Notes: generated by a model from the sequence alone, not told the origin. 64,000 nt of DNA from Candidatus Poribacteria bacterium (GCA_965218095.1 OZ244587.1:1408001-1472000), one strand, 5' to 3'; positions 20,055 through 31,260 are shown, counted from the first letter of the stretch. Program-made: numbers and translations.

Positions 20055-20330
20055 TCACGGGGTGACAGGTTCAGCTTTAGAAATAATCTGACGAACTCTC
20101 CACCGTTTACGACAACTGAGTGGACGAGTTTCAACGACTTGAACAAGATCGCCAGCACGACACACATTCTGTTCATCGTGAGCAAGCACTTTGGTTGTAC
20201 TTCTCACGATTTTCTTATAAAATGGATGCTGATAAGCTCGGACAATTGCAACAGCAACTGTCTTGTCCATCCGATCACTTGTTACAATGCCTGTCCTGAG
20301 CTTGCGACTACCTCGCCTTTTCTTACTCAC
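20055..20330 (-). CDS. rpsQ: 30S ribosomal protein S17
   Basis: MDKTV, AHDE, ETRPLS. Confidence 0.96.
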   Translation of the reverse strand: MSKKRRGSRKLRTGIVTSDRMDKTVAVAIVRAYQHPFYKKIVRSTTKVLAHDEQNVCRAGDLVQVVETRPLSCRKRWRVRQIISKAEPVTP

Positions 20331-20384
20331 TTACTTCCTCTCTTAACAGAATCCTTGAGATTGAGCAGCATACCGTATCGAAAT

Positions 20385-20591
20385 CTATGGCGCCTTCTCA
20401 ATCCCAAGTTCACGTATGCGAAGAATTGTATGAATACGTGCGATATCCTTCTTAACTTTTTTAAACTGGGACGTATCTTCAAGCTGTCCAAGTATTCTTC
20501 GGAATTTAGTGTTAAATAGGGCTTCCTTGAGATCCCGAAGTTCGCTCGCTAATTCTTCAGATGATTTACTGCGTAATTCATTAGCAGTCAT
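20385..20591 (-). CDS. rpmC: 50S ribosomal protein L29
   Basis: ELR...GQLE...KKDIARI.T; operon position. Confidence 0.94.
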   Translation of the reverse strand: MTANELRSKSSEELASELRDLKEALFNTKFRRILGQLEDTSQFKKVKKDIARIHTILRIRELGIEKAP

Positions 20592-20598
20592 CGCCCGA

Positions 20599-21012
20599 TT
20601 ATTCTCCTATTCGGCTAATAAATTTCGTTTGAATCGGCAATTTGTGGGCCGCTCTCTTCATCGCTTCCTTTGCTTCTTCCGGTGAAACACTGCTCAACTC
20701 GTACAGGACACGTCCCGGTTTGACGACAGCAACCCAAAACTCGGGAGATCCTTTCCCACTTCCCATTCTCGTTTCAGCGGGTTTTTTGGTTACCGGTTTA
20801 TGCGGAAAGATCTTAATCCAAACCTTGCCACCACGGCGCACATAGCGTGTTATCGCGATACGTGCAGCTTCAATTTGACGGCTCGTAATCCAACCGGGCT
20901 CCAGCGCTTTTAAACCATACTCACCGTAGTCTATTCGTGAACCCCGATAAGGTTTACCACGGCGTTTGCCCCGTTGCACTTTACGGTGCAAGACCCGTTT
21001 TGGCATCAACAT
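20599..21012 (-). CDS. rplP: 50S ribosomal protein L16
   Basis: [16 protein letters not shown]. Confidence 0.98.
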   Translation of the reverse strand: MLMPKRVLHRKVQRGKRRGKPYRGSRIDYGEYGLKALEPGWITSRQIEAARIAITRYVRRGGKVWIKIFPHKPVTKKPAETRMGSGKGSPEFWVAVVKPGRVLYELSSVSPEEAKEAMKRAAHKLPIQTKFISRIGE

Positions 21013-21054
21013 TTTGTGACCTCCTTATAACCCGTACTTGCTTTAAAGAAAATC

Positions 21055-21891
21055 TTACCTTCCTTGACCCTGGCGAGATCTGCGTCGTTTTGGTTTCCTA
21101 TCAGCGGGTAAAGTCGAGTCTCCTTCCCCCCTGCCGCCGAAACGTCCAGCAGGCGAACGGCGTGGTTGGCGTCTTTGAGAGGAGTCAGTTGGCACCTGCC
21201 TCGTGCGGCTAGAAGGAGCAGTGATTTCTGGAAGGGCGGGTGTACCAATAATCTCTCCCTTGAAAATCCATGTTTTGACGCCAATCTTACCGTAGGTCGT
21301 ATTGGCTTCAGTGAATCCATAATCGATGTTCGCCCTAAGCGTATGCAGAGGAACCCTACCTTCAATATTCGATTCCGAACGTGCCATTTCGGCACCACCA
21401 AGGCGACCACTGATAGTGATTTTAACCCCTTGGGCACCGGCTTTCATTGAAGCCGCAATACTTTTCTTCATTGCCCGTCTGAAATTTGACCGACGCCCAA
21501 TTTGCAGCGCGACAGCTTCAGCAACAAGTTGAGCATCTAATTCAGGACGCTTAATCTCACTCACATTGATCCGAATGGTCCGTTCGGTTCGCGGCGCTGA
21601 ATCTACCTGCAGGATGTGCTCTAAATCTGCTTGTAATTTTTCTGCTTCAACTCCACGTCGCCCAATGACAATACCGGGACGCGCTGTATGTATATGAATA
21701 TTACACCGATCTCCAACTCTTTCGATTTCAATCCGGGAAATACCAGCACGTGACAACCTTTCCTTAATAAAGGACTGGATCTTCAAATCTTCATGAAGCC
21801 ATTGGGCATACTCTTTTTCAGTGTACCATTTTGAGTCCCAGGTCTCAATGATCCCCAAGCGTAATCCACGCGGATGCGTTTTCTGTCCCAC
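21055..21891 (-). CDS. rpsC: 30S ribosomal protein S3 with long basic C-terminal tail
   Basis: (V)[29 protein letters not shown]; GTG start after GAGG. Confidence 0.97.
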   Translation of the reverse strand: MGQKTHPRGLRLGIIETWDSKWYTEKEYAQWLHEDLKIQSFIKERLSRAGISRIEIERVGDRCNIHIHTARPGIVIGRRGVEAEKLQADLEHILQVDSAPRTERTIRINVSEIKRPELDAQLVAEAVALQIGRRSNFRRAMKKSIAASMKAGAQGVKITISGRLGGAEMARSESNIEGRVPLHTLRANIDYGFTEANTTYGKIGVKTWIFKGEIIGTPALPEITAPSSRTRQVPTDSSQRRQPRRSPAGRFGGRGEGDSTLPADRKPKRRRSRQGQGR

Positions 21892-21986
21892 TAAAACCTC
21901 CTCATCAGAATTCAGCACGGCAAAGACTGCTGCTCAAGAGAGGTAAAAGGACATATATCAGTCTATGCAGCAGGTCTGCAGGATTT

Positions 21987-22361
21987 TCAGTGTCCATTTT
22001 CCTCCCTTTCCTCCCTTTCCTCACCCAGTACGACCGTAATATGACATCTTCGGCGCAAAATCCTGTTTACCATGCCTCGTGCCCTTGGCCGAAACCATTT
22101 CCGGGTAACCCCATCGTTGATGAAAATCTGTTTGACAAACAAATTAGTTTCATCAATGGCGGCGCCCTGCCGTTGTGCGTTTTCCCGTGCATTCGCCGCA
22201 GCAGATTGAATCAATTTGCGAATCACCGGAGAAGCCGCTTTATGCGTAAATGTTAATTGATTTAGAGCTTCTTCAACATATTGATGTCTAACCAAATCAG
22301 CAACCAGACGCGCTTTGCGCGGAGCAATAGGCACGTTACGGATGCTCGCTGTAGCTTCCAT
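21987..22361 (-). CDS. rplV: 50S ribosomal protein L22
   Basis: APRKARLVAD, SAAANA, PRARG, HITVV. Confidence 0.96.
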   Translation of the reverse strand: MEATASIRNVPIAPRKARLVADLVRHQYVEEALNQLTFTHKAASPVIRKLIQSAAANARENAQRQGAAIDETNLFVKQIFINDGVTRKWFRPRARGMVNRILRRRCHITVVLGEEREEREENGH

Positions 22362-22402
22362 GATAAGAATCTCCTGAATCAGCAGAGCATTTTTAATCTT
22401 AT

Positions 22403-22536
22403 TAGGAGTCACGTACTTCATATTAAGCAAATTTCTCTGCACCTGCACCCCCGATAGATCAGGATGCAAGCACCTGCGCTTATTCCGAGAATCGGCATGA
22501 GTCATGGAATGATTGGGACCAACTGCGTAACTCCTG
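22403..22536. mobile_element. 134-bp MITE-like insertion between rpsS and rplV
   Basis: Ends TAGGAGTCACGTA / TGCGTAACTCCTG (10/13), flanks CTTAT/TTTAT; the spacer is 176 bp where it is usually short. Confidence 0.6.
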
Positions 22537-22537
22537 T

Positions 22538-22801
22538 TTATCTTCCACTAGTATGTGATCTAAATGTTCGAGTAGGAGCAAATTCTCCAAGTTTATGCCC
22601 TACCATGTTTTCTGTCATATATACAGGGAAGAATTTCTTCCCATTATGAATAGCAAGGGTATGACCAATCAGGTCCGGAGTCACTGTAGATCTACGCGAC
22701 CAGGTACGAATCACACGCTTCGTCCCAGATCGATTCATCACTTCGATTTTTTTCAGAAGTTTCGGATCTATGTAAGGCCCTTTCTTTACAGAGCGCGGCA
22801 T
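22538..22801 (-). CDS. rpsS: 30S ribosomal protein S19
   Basis: [24 protein letters not shown]. Confidence 0.98.
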   Translation of the reverse strand: MPRSVKKGPYIDPKLLKKIEVMNRSGTKRVIRTWSRRSTVTPDLIGHTLAIHNGKKFFPVYMTENMVGHKLGEFAPTRTFRSHTSGR

Positions 22802-22860
22802 AAAGCACCTCCTGCGGATGATGAGAAAAAATACCTGGACGCTACGTCAATGAAGCCAAA

Positions 22861-23685
22861 TTACTTCCGACGGCTGACAATATACTGGCTTGATCTCTTT
22901 TTCGGATTTCTTGTTTTGTATCCTTTGGTTGGAACTCCCCAGGGGGTCACAGGATGTCTCCCGCCGGCGCTTTTCCCTTCACCACCGCCGTGCGGGTGAT
23001 CATGCGGATTCATCGCCACGCCGCGAACCTTGGGACGACGGCCCTTCCATCGGGACCGCCCTGCTTTACCAATAGATATATTTGCATGGTCAACACTACC
23101 CACTTGTCCAATTGTCGCCATGCACTTCACTGGAAGCAAACGAACTTCACCGGAAGGCATTTGAATTCGCGCGTTTTTTCCTTCGCGATCAACTAATTGG
23201 GCGACAGCGCCTGCGCTTCGTACCAGTTGTCCCCCTTTATCCGGCTGCATTTCTATGTTATGTATCGAGGTTCCTAAGGGAATCTTTTCAAGAGGCAAAG
23301 CGTTGCCAACCTTGATAGCCGCATCCGGGCCAGAATTTAATACATCACCAACCTGTAACCCCAGAGGTGCAATGATATAGCGCTTCTCGCCATCGGCGTA
23401 ATGAAGGAGCGCAATACAGGCAGATCGACTGGGGTCATACTCAATCGAGGCAACCTTAGCAGGGATGCCAAATTTATCGCGTTTAAATTCAATGCTTCGG
23501 TATCGCCGTTTATGCCCGCCTCCACGCCTCCGAACAGTCATACGTCCTAACGCATTACGTCCAGCCTTTTTCTTTAATCCCTTCACCAGGGATTTTTCGG
23601 GCTTTCGACGCGTCGTCTCCTCAAAAGCGTGTCCTGTCATAAATCGGCGACTTGGTGTTACCGGTGAATATGTTTTAACTGCCAC
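22861..23685 (-). CDS. rplB: 50S ribosomal protein L2
   Basis: [21 protein letters not shown]. Confidence 0.98.
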   Translation of the reverse strand: MAVKTYSPVTPSRRFMTGHAFEETTRRKPEKSLVKGLKKKAGRNALGRMTVRRRGGGHKRRYRSIEFKRDKFGIPAKVASIEYDPSRSACIALLHYADGEKRYIIAPLGLQVGDVLNSGPDAAIKVGNALPLEKIPLGTSIHNIEMQPDKGGQLVRSAGAVAQLVDREGKNARIQMPSGEVRLLPVKCMATIGQVGSVDHANISIGKAGRSRWKGRRPKVRGVAMNPHDHPHGGGEGKSAGGRHPVTPWGVPTKGYKTRNPKKRSSQYIVSRRK

Positions 23686-23722
23686 GCTGAACGCCTCCTA
23701 ATCAGTCTTGAAAAATGCACCA

Positions 23723-24022
23723 CTAAATACTCTCAAAAACCTGGATAGTTGTTCCTTCAGCAACGGTAATAATTGCTTTTTTCCTGTTCGGTCGCCTACC
23801 GCGTCGATGCCGCCAGAATTGTCCTTTAGACTTCCCTCGAACTTGCATGGTATTAATCTCAAGAATCTTACCCTTGAGCTCGAAGAGTTCTTCAGCCGCT
23901 TTACGAATCTCCGGTTTACTGGCTTTCACATCAACGACAAAAGAATACTTGTTCGACTCTCGAAGGATTGTGCTCTTTTCTGTAATTAATGGTTGCCTGA
24001 TAATCTGATATGGATCTGTCAT
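23723..24022 (-). CDS. rplW: 50S ribosomal protein L23
   Basis: PLITEKS, KKAII. Confidence 0.96.
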   Translation of the reverse strand: MTDPYQIIRQPLITEKSTILRESNKYSFVVDVKASKPEIRKAAEELFELKGKILEINTMQVRGKSKGQFWRHRRGRRPNRKKAIITVAEGTTIQVFESI

Positions 24023-24679
24023 CTACAATTCCTCAATCAATGAACCGTTTGTTGGCTGAACAAATTTGTCTTCGAGTTTCTCAGCCGCACTTTCGGTAAG
24101 AACAATCTTATCATGCCAGAGAACATCATAAATATTAAGGGTATTCCAAACACAAATGTTTACGCGGGGGATATTCCTCACAGATAAATAGACGTTCGAT
24201 TCAGGCTGACCGAGGACGAAAAGGACTTTACCCACAAGTCCTAAACCATCCAAAACCTGGGCCATGTCCTTTGTTTTTGGACAATCTAAGGAAAAGTCCT
24301 CAATCAAAATACAATCACCACTTTGAAATTTACCTGCTAAAGCCGAGTGTAACCCGAACCGGCGTACTTTCCTGGGGGTATATTGGCGAAAACTACGCGG
24401 TTTCGGACCAAATGTCACACCACCATGTACACGGATGGGCGATCGATTATCCCCCATTCGGGCGCGGCCTGTTCCTTTTTGACGATGTATTTTTTTTCCA
24501 CTTCCTCGGACTTCTGCGCGTGTTTTGGTAGAAGCGGTTCCTCGACGTTGATTCGCAAGATATGCAACAACACACTGATGTATAACCGCTTCATTAACGG
24601 TTGCATTGATGAACACATCAGATAACTCTCTTTGCCGCAGGATATCTCCTGAACGGTTGTATACATCTAAAGCTGCCAT
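24023..24679 (-). CDS. rplD: 50S ribosomal protein L4
   Basis: TKTRAEVRG.G, QKGTGRAR, FGPKPR. Confidence 0.97.
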   Translation of the reverse strand: MAALDVYNRSGDILRQRELSDVFINATVNEAVIHQCVVAYLANQRRGTASTKTRAEVRGSGKKIHRQKGTGRARMGDNRSPIRVHGGVTFGPKPRSFRQYTPRKVRRFGLHSALAGKFQSGDCILIEDFSLDCPKTKDMAQVLDGLGLVGKVLFVLGQPESNVYLSVRNIPRVNICVWNTLNIYDVLWHDKIVLTESAAEKLEDKFVQPTNGSLIEEL

Positions 24680-24700
24680 ATTCGATAATCCTGTATCTAT

Positions 24701-25339
24701 TTATCTTCCACCCTTCACTGCCTTCTTGATTACAAGGAAACCATTGCGGGGACCCGGAACAGCGCCTTTAATGACTAACAGATTCCTTTCCGCATCCGCC
24801 TGGACAACCTGCAGGTTCTGGGTAGTTACCTGCTTACCTCCATGTCGTCCAGGCATTTTCTTGCCTTTGAAAACCCGCGAGGGCGAAGCACTATGTCCAA
24901 TAGAACCCGGTCGTCGATGATTTTTCTCGCTGCCATGGCTCTTCTTCATACCAGAGAAGCCCCACCGCTTAACCACACCGGTAAATCCGCGCCCTTTGGA
25001 GACGCCCGTTACATCGACAAAATCTCCTGGAGAAAAAATGTCTGCGTTGATGGTTGCGCCGATGGATAAACCTTCGGTGCCATTGACGCACAACTCTCTC
25101 AAAAACCGATGGGGGTTGACGGCGGCTTTTTTGAAATGTCCACTTTCAGGGCGATTGACCTTGTTCTCGCTTCGATTGCCGAAGCCCAACTGGATCGCAT
25201 TATACCCTTCCCGATCCTCGGTTTTTATCTGTACAATCGGACAGGGTCCCGCTTCGACAACCGTGACCGGAATCGCGGCGCCGGAATCGTCGAAGATTTG
25301 TGTCATGCCAATCTTCTTTCCTAATATGCCATCATTCAT
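24701..25339 (-). CDS. rplC: 50S ribosomal protein L3
   Basis: GKKIGMTQ, SKGRGF.G, KGAVPG. Confidence 0.97.
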   Translation of the reverse strand: MNDGILGKKIGMTQIFDDSGAAIPVTVVEAGPCPIVQIKTEDREGYNAIQLGFGNRSENKVNRPESGHFKKAAVNPHRFLRELCVNGTEGLSIGATINADIFSPGDFVDVTGVSKGRGFTGVVKRWGFSGMKKSHGSEKNHRRPGSIGHSASPSRVFKGKKMPGRHGGKQVTTQNLQVVQADAERNLLVIKGAVPGPRNGFLVIKKAVKGGR

Positions 25340-25399
25340 TTGTCACATCTCCGAAACAACGGCGTTTCGTTCCAATGGAATCGTAGAAACAGCGCGTAT

Positions 25400-25711
25400 C
25401 TACAACAGCGTAATTTTTACGTCAACACCGGCAGGCAAATCTAAGCGCATTAGCGCATCGACTGTCTTCGGGGTTGTCTGTAAAATGTCTAACAGCCGCT
25501 TGTGAATTCGCATTTCAAACTGCTCACGGGATTTTTTATCTTTGAATGTTGACCGCTGTACGGTATAAATATGTTTCGTCGTCGGGAGCGGGATGGGACC
25601 TGATACTAACGCTCCTGTCCGCTTTGCGGTATCCGCAATTTGACTTGCAGATTGATCTAGCAAACGGTGATCAAACGCTTTCAAACGAATCCTGATTCTC
25701 TGATTGTCCAT
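25400..25711 (-). CDS. rpsJ: 30S ribosomal protein S10
   Basis: [23 protein letters not shown]. Confidence 0.97.
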   Translation of the reverse strand: MDNQRIRIRLKAFDHRLLDQSASQIADTAKRTGALVSGPIPLPTTKHIYTVQRSTFKDKKSREQFEMRIHKRLLDILQTTPKTVDALMRLDLPAGVDVKITLL

Positions 25712-25838
25712 CAACATCTCCAATTACGCCACGTATCGCGCTTGAAAGCCCCAAATTTTAATTTTTTTGCGTCCTAGGAACCCGGAAAAGGAAGCCAAAA
25801 AACCGATTTTCATGTTTAACATTTAATGATATGCAGCA

Positions 25839-27038
25839 TCACTCAACAACTTTTGAAACGACGCCTGCTCCAACAGTGTGTCCACCTTCACGAATTGCGA
25901 ACCTGAGTTCCTCTTCCAAAGCAATCGGCTTGGTAAGCTCAACAGTAATATGGATATTATCTCCAGGCATGATCATCTCAACGCCTTCAGGCAGATTCAT
26001 GACGCCAGTCACATCTGTTGTACGGAAGTAGAACTGAGGACGATAGCCACTGAAAAATGGCGTCCAGCGACCACCTTCCTCTTTGGTCAGAATGTAGGTT
26101 TCAGCTTCAAAGCTTGTGTGCGGCGTAATACTACCAGGGGCCGCTAGCACTTGACCACGCTGAACATCTTGACGTTCAATACCACGCAGCAGCACGCCAA
26201 CGTTGTCGCCTGCACGCCCTTCGTCAAGGAGTTTACGGAACATCTCGACGCCGGTCGCAACAGTGCTGCGAGTGTCAGCAAGCCCAACGATCTCAACCGT
26301 ATCGCCAACATGCACGATTCCGCGTTCGATACGACCTGTCACAACAGTACCCCGCCCGGTGATTGAAAAGATATCTTCCACAGGCATAAGGTAGGGTCTA
26401 TCAACGTCCCGTATTGGCTCAGGAATATGATCGTCGCATGTCTGCATGAGCTCTAGAATCGAAGCACATTCAGGAGCATTCGGATCGCCACCACCTTCCA
26501 TGGCCTGGAGGGCGGAACCGCTAATAACCGGGATATCATCGCCTGGGAACTCGTATTCTGTCAGGAGTTCTCGGACTTCGAGTTCTACCAACTCCAGAAG
26601 CTCCGGGTCGTCAACCATGTCCGCTTTATTCAGATAAACAACGATACTCGGCACGTTAACCTGCCGCGCGAGAAGGACATGCTCACGGGTTTGGGGCATG
26701 GGACCATCAGCCGCAGAAACAACCAAGATTGCCCCATCCATCTGCGCCGCACCGGTAATCATGTTTTTGATATAGTCAGCATGCCCGGGGCAGTCAACGT
26801 GAGCATAGTGCCGATTCTCAGTTTCGTACTCAACATGCGCCGTGTTAATCGTAATACCGCGCTCCTTTTCTTCAGGAGCGGCGTCGATCTCATCGTAAGT
26901 TCTTATGTAGTCTTGGTTACCCAATTTTGACAACACCATAGTAATCGCGGCAGTTAACGTGGTCTTACCGTGATCGACGTGTCCAATTGTGCCAACATTG
27001 ACATGGGGCTTCGTCCGTTCAAATTTTGGTTTTGCCAT
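25839..27038 (-). CDS. tuf: Elongation factor Tu
   Basis: [21 protein letters not shown]. Confidence 0.99.
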   Translation of the reverse strand: MAKPKFERTKPHVNVGTIGHVDHGKTTLTAAITMVLSKLGNQDYIRTYDEIDAAPEEKERGITINTAHVEYETENRHYAHVDCPGHADYIKNMITGAAQMDGAILVVSAADGPMPQTREHVLLARQVNVPSIVVYLNKADMVDDPELLELVELEVRELLTEYEFPGDDIPVISGSALQAMEGGGDPNAPECASILELMQTCDDHIPEPIRDVDRPYLMPVEDIFSITGRGTVVTGRIERGIVHVGDTVEIVGLADTRSTVATGVEMFRKLLDEGRAGDNVGVLLRGIERQDVQRGQVLAAPGSITPHTSFEAETYILTKEEGGRWTPFFSGYRPQFYFRTTDVTGVMNLPEGVEMIMPGDNIHITVELTKPIALEEELRFAIREGGHTVGAGVVSKVVE

Positions 27039-27145
27039 GTATAGATCTCCTCACATTCTATAGTAATTTAATACAGCCATCATCTGCTCACCCATCAGTT
27101 TTACTGCTGAAGATTTGCAGCAAACGACATCAGCAGTGAGAGCAG

Positions 27146-29287
27146 CTAAGCAGAAAGTCCTTTTGATGAGATAATTTCCTGAGCAATGCTCTGTGGAACA
27201 TCACTGTAGTGTGCAAACTCCATCGAATAAGTCGCCCGCCCCTGCGTTAAAGACCGGAGGATTTTAACATAGCCAAACATTTCAGCCAGTGGAACATAGG
27301 CGCTAATCACTTGTATCCCAGACTTTGACTGCATATCCGTCTGGAGAATCCGTGCGCGACGTGCATTTAGATCACCCATCACCTTTCCTAAATACGCCTC
27401 AGGGACAATGACTTCGATTTCCATGATTGGTTCAAGCAGGTTTGAACCTGCTTTCTTCATCGCTTCTTTGAACGCAATCGAGGCAGCGATTGAAAACGCC
27501 ATTTCTGAAGAATCAACGGGATGATAGGAACCGTCGTACAATCTGACGCCGACATCAACAACGGGATACCCACTTAAAACCCCAACATTCATTGCATCTT
27601 CGATACCTTTACGGATAGCGCGTATATATTCCTGGGGGATGGCGCCGCCCTTGATCTCATCGACGAACTCAAAACCGCATCCCTGTTCTAAAGGGTAAAC
27701 TTCAATCTGCACATGTCCGTACTGACCGCGCCCACCGGATTGCTTGACAAAGCGTCCTTCAACTTTCGCCGACCGACGGACCGTTTCACGATACGCTACC
27801 TGGGGCTTCCCAATATCCGCAGACACCTTAAATTCTCGAATCAATCGGTCAACAATAACCTCCAGATGTAACTCTCCCATACCGGAGAGAAGGGTTTGCC
27901 CTGTTTCTTTGTCTTGATGAACCTTAAAAGTTGGATCTTCTTCAGCCAACTTTGATAACGCCAAGTTCATCTTCTCTATATCCGACTTTGTCTGGGGTTC
28001 AATTGCAATAGACATCACCGGAGATGGAAACACCATCGACTCCAAAGCGATTGGGGCATTTGGATGGCAAATTGTGTCGCCGGTCGTGACGGATTTGAGA
28101 CCAATGACTGTGGCAATATCACCCGCATACACAGCTTGACGCTCCTCACGCTTATTTGCGTGCATCTGCATCAGCCTCCCAATCTTTTCAAATCCGTGAC
28201 GTGTACTATTGTACACAGTATCCCCTTTGACTAAAACGCCAGAGTAAACACGGAGAAATGTAAGCTTTCCAATGTGCGCATCCGTCGTGATTTTGAAGGC
28301 TAATGCGGAAAAAGGTGCGTCGTCGCTTGCTAAACGCTTGTCTTCTTCTTGGGTATTTGGGTTCAAACCGATCACCGGCGGCACGTCTATCGGGGCAGGC
28401 AAATAATCAACAATCGCATCTAACAGAGGTTGGACACCCTTATTCTTGATTGCCGCGCCACACAAGACAGGAATTATCTTCCCATTTAACGTTGCGCCTC
28501 TCAAGCCGGCTTTGATTTCTTCGTCTGATAACTCAATCCCATCAATATATTTAATCAAGAGCTCACCATCATATTCAGCAATTGCTTCCAACATCTGTTC
28601 ACGATATTCCAGCACGCTTTCCATTACTTCTTCTGGAATATCTATTTCGTGCATAATAGATCCGAAACTTGTTTCGTCCCATCCAAGTCCTTGTAACGAA
28701 ATCAGATCCACAATGCCGCTGAATCTCTCCGATGAGCCAATCGGTAATTGGATTGGTATTACCCGGACGCCGAGCCGCTCAATCATCATTTCGAGCGTCC
28801 GGAAAAAGTCTGCACCGGTTCGATCCATTTTATTGACGAAGGCAATACGTGGCACCTGATATTTATCCGCTTGTCGCCATACAGTTTCGGACTGGGGTTC
28901 AACACCACCAACTGCACAGAATACAGCAACTGCCCCATCAAGAATTCGTAGCGATCGCTCAACTTCAACCGTAAAATCGATATGTCCAGGGGTATCAATA
29001 ATATTGATACAATGCCCATTCCATTGGCATGTCGTTGCAGCAGCGGTGATGGTAATGCCACGCTCTTGCTCCTGGACCATCCAATCCATTGTCGTAGTCC
29101 CATCGTCGACGTCACCCATGCGATGTACCCGCCCTGTATAGTATAATATGCGCTCGGTTACAGTTGTTTTCCCGGCATCAATGTGTGCCATGATGCCAAT
29201 ATTCCGCGTATGGGTCGAAGGAAATCGGCGTTGATCTATAGTCCGCCGGTTTTCAGATGTGATTTGATGCTGCTTTGCAAGTCTCAT
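27146..29287 (-). CDS. fusA: Elongation factor G
   Basis: [22 protein letters not shown]; start uncertain. Confidence 0.97.
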   Translation of the reverse strand: MRLAKQHQITSENRRTIDQRRFPSTHTRNIGIMAHIDAGKTTVTERILYYTGRVHRMGDVDDGTTTMDWMVQEQERGITITAAATTCQWNGHCINIIDTPGHIDFTVEVERSLRILDGAVAVFCAVGGVEPQSETVWRQADKYQVPRIAFVNKMDRTGADFFRTLEMMIERLGVRVIPIQLPIGSSERFSGIVDLISLQGLGWDETSFGSIMHEIDIPEEVMESVLEYREQMLEAIAEYDGELLIKYIDGIELSDEEIKAGLRGATLNGKIIPVLCGAAIKNKGVQPLLDAIVDYLPAPIDVPPVIGLNPNTQEEDKRLASDDAPFSALAFKITTDAHIGKLTFLRVYSGVLVKGDTVYNSTRHGFEKIGRLMQMHANKREERQAVYAGDIATVIGLKSVTTGDTICHPNAPIALESMVFPSPVMSIAIEPQTKSDIEKMNLALSKLAEEDPTFKVHQDKETGQTLLSGMGELHLEVIVDRLIREFKVSADIGKPQVAYRETVRRSAKVEGRFVKQSGGRGQYGHVQIEVYPLEQGCGFEFVDEIKGGAIPQEYIRAIRKGIEDAMNVGVLSGYPVVDVGVRLYDGSYHPVDSSEMAFSIAASIAFKEAMKKAGSNLLEPIMEIEVIVPEAYLGKVMGDLNARRARILQTDMQSKSGIQVISAYVPLAEMFGYVKILRSLTQGRATYSMEFAHYSDVPQSIAQEIISSKGLSA

Positions 29288-29334
29288 TTTCTAAATCACC
29301 CACGACATGATAAGGACATTGAGTGCATTCTTCG

Positions 29335-29808
29335 CTACCAACGGTAATGGGCAAATGCTCTGTTTGCCTCTGCCATGCGATGTTGATCGAGTTTTTTACG
29401 AATTGAAGCTCCTTCATTCCTCGAAGCATCGAGCAACTCTCCCGCCAACCGCTCTGATATGGTTTTCTCACCACGATCTCTTGCAGATTGGATAATCCAA
29501 CGGAGTGCCAGCGTTGTGCGACGCTCCGCCTTGACATCAACTGGAACCTGGTAAGTTGTACCTCCAACACGCCGAGATCGAATTTCAAGGACCGGTTTAA
29601 CGTTGTTAATCGCCTGACGGAAAACTGTAAGCCCCTCCTCCTGGTTACTGCGCTTCTCAACAATGTCTATACTATCATATAGAATTTTCCGGGCAACGCT
29701 TTTCTTCCCACAAACCATCAAGAAGTTTATAAACTTCGCAACAAGCGTACTGCCATATTTGGGATCTGAGAGGATTTCCCGTTTAACAATCTCTGCGCGT
29801 CGTGGCAT
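29335..29808 (-). CDS. rpsG: 30S ribosomal protein S7
   Basis: [22 protein letters not shown]. Confidence 0.98.
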   Translation of the reverse strand: MPRRAEIVKREILSDPKYGSTLVAKFINFLMVCGKKSVARKILYDSIDIVEKRSNQEEGLTVFRQAINNVKPVLEIRSRRVGGTTYQVPVDVKAERRTTLALRWIIQSARDRGEKTISERLAGELLDASRNEGASIRKKLDQHRMAEANRAFAHYRW

Positions 29809-29822
29809 CTCTTACTCCTCCT

Positions 29823-30194
29823 CTACCTGGGGCGCTTTGCTCCATATTTTGATCTGCCCTGTCTTCGATTTTCAACACCTGCTGTGTCCAATGTGCCCCG
29901 GACAATGTGATATCTGACATTGGGTAAATCTTTGACTCTTCCACCACGCACAAGCACAACAGAGTGCTCTTGAAGATTATGATCTATGCCGGGGATATAG
30001 CAAGTTGCTTCCTGACCATTCGTAAAACGGACACGAGCTACCTTCCGGAGGGCTGAATTCGGCTTCGTGGGTGTTACGGTCCTGACCTGTAAACAGATGC
30101 CTCGCCGTTGGGGACAATTTTCCAAAACGGGAGATTTACTTTTCTTACGTGGCCTTTTACGAGACTTTCTGACTAATTGACTAATTGTTGGCAT
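29823..30194 (-). CDS. rpsL: 30S ribosomal protein S12
   Basis: [23 protein letters not shown]. Confidence 0.98.
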   Translation of the reverse strand: MPTISQLVRKSRKRPRKKSKSPVLENCPQRRGICLQVRTVTPTKPNSALRKVARVRFTNGQEATCYIPGIDHNLQEHSVVLVRGGRVKDLPNVRYHIVRGTLDTAGVENRRQGRSKYGAKRPR

Positions 30195-30238
30195 ATTTAC
30201 CTCGAATAACTAATTGTTGGCATATTTACCTCGAATAA
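30181..30238. repeat. Exact 29-bp tandem duplication of the rpsL RBS and start
   Basis: CTAATTGTTGGCATATTTACCTCGAATAA x2. Confidence 0.92.
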
Positions 30239-30398
30239 CTGTGTGCAGACAAAAATAAAGCCCCATAGGGGCTCACAAAGTCGGACTCAATAATGGAGTA
30301 AAAACTTTGAAAAAACACACCAAAGTGCTTCGGGACTGAAAATCCCCCCCCTTCTGCCTAATTCAAGGCATATATCTAACGGCACTGTCGAAGGGTGA

Positions 30399-30427
30399 AT
30401 TATACCAAAACTATGATTGGATGTCAA
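30399..30427 (-). promoter_or_regulatory. Consensus sigma70 promoter of the ribosomal superoperon
   Basis: Minus strand TTGACA-17 nt-TATAAT with TG extension, about 200 nt upstream of rpsL. Confidence 0.88.
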
Positions 30428-30527
30428 GTGATTTTCTATATTTTTTGGTTTACACCATAAGGATTTTGAAGTTTTTTATAAGGCAAGCCGCTTTTTGATA
30501 ATGGCGTTTGATTTTCAAGTACAAACC

Positions 30528-30962
30528 TCAGGACTTTGATTCGAAGTAAACCGGATCCGGTTCGACCCACTCTTCTTCGCCATCTACCCAGACTTCGCGT
30601 TTCCAGATTGGCACGATTTGCTTGAGCCGGTTCATCGCGTAATGGCACGCCTCAAAAGCATCCTTACGATGCGGAGAAGCGACCGCAACGGCAACGCTAA
30701 CCTCACCAATTTCCAGCCGTCCCACACGATGAATCACGGCGACACGGTCTAGTCCCCACTTTTTGTAAATCTCCTGAGCAATTTCTGCCAGCTTCTTTTC
30801 GGCCATTGGTAGATAGGCTTCGTATTCGAGATAGGAGACCTCCCGACCTTCCGTGTTGTTGCGCACAGTGCCTAAAAAATGGACAATCGCCCCCGCATCA
30901 TCTGTTTCGACAGCGCGAATCACATCTTCCACTTTGATAACTTTCCTGGTAATCTTAAACAT
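30528..30962 (-). CDS. moaE: Molybdopterin synthase catalytic subunit
   Basis: GA..HFLGTVR, LEYEAY, HRVG.L, SPHR, VPIWKRE. Confidence 0.95.
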   Translation of the reverse strand: MFKITRKVIKVEDVIRAVETDDAGAIVHFLGTVRNNTEGREVSYLEYEAYLPMAEKKLAEIAQEIYKKWGLDRVAVIHRVGRLEIGEVSVAVAVASPHRKDAFEACHYAMNRLKQIVPIWKREVWVDGEEEWVEPDPVYFESKS

Positions 30963-31209
30963 CTTGACCTCCCGTCACCGGTGGAATCAAGGCGACCTCA
31001 TCGCCCTCCGAAAGCTGGGTATCTGGTGTGGCATACTCCCAATTCACAGACATTTGCATGACATCGTAGTATTCTGCAATTTCGGGCCACTCCGCCTCAA
31101 GGCGTTCCAAAATATTCCCCAAGGTTGCCTCATCCGGAAGTTCCATATCTTCTTCGTCTCTACCTAACTCTTCATGTAATACTGCGAAATATTTGACTTT
31201 AACTTTCAT
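30955..31209 (-). CDS. moaD: Molybdopterin synthase sulfur carrier
   Basis: MKVKVKYFA...SVN.EY...GDEVALIPPVTGG followed by QDV; adjacent to moaE. Confidence 0.9.
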   Translation of the reverse strand: MKVKVKYFAVLHEELGRDEEDMELPDEATLGNILERLEAEWPEIAEYYDVMQMSVNWEYATPDTQLSEGDEVALIPPVTGGQDV

Positions 31210-31260
31210 TATTTCTCCTACGGAAAAGGATTTCAGAATAGAGGTGGAAAAATCGTTGAT

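Noticed and set aside
21006-21437. 143-aa alternative-frame ORF over rpsC, or a frameshifted S3 tail
   Set aside because: The S3 core is complete in its own frame, and long basic tails are common.
11352-30194. Lower GC of the ribosomal operon as a sign of horizontal transfer
   Set aside because: Gene order is canonical and highly expressed genes often differ in composition. This also weakens composition as evidence for the HerA-NurA insert.
30181-30238. 29-bp repeat as a CRISPR array
   Set aside because: Two abutting copies, no spacer, no cas genes; the sequence is the rpsL start.
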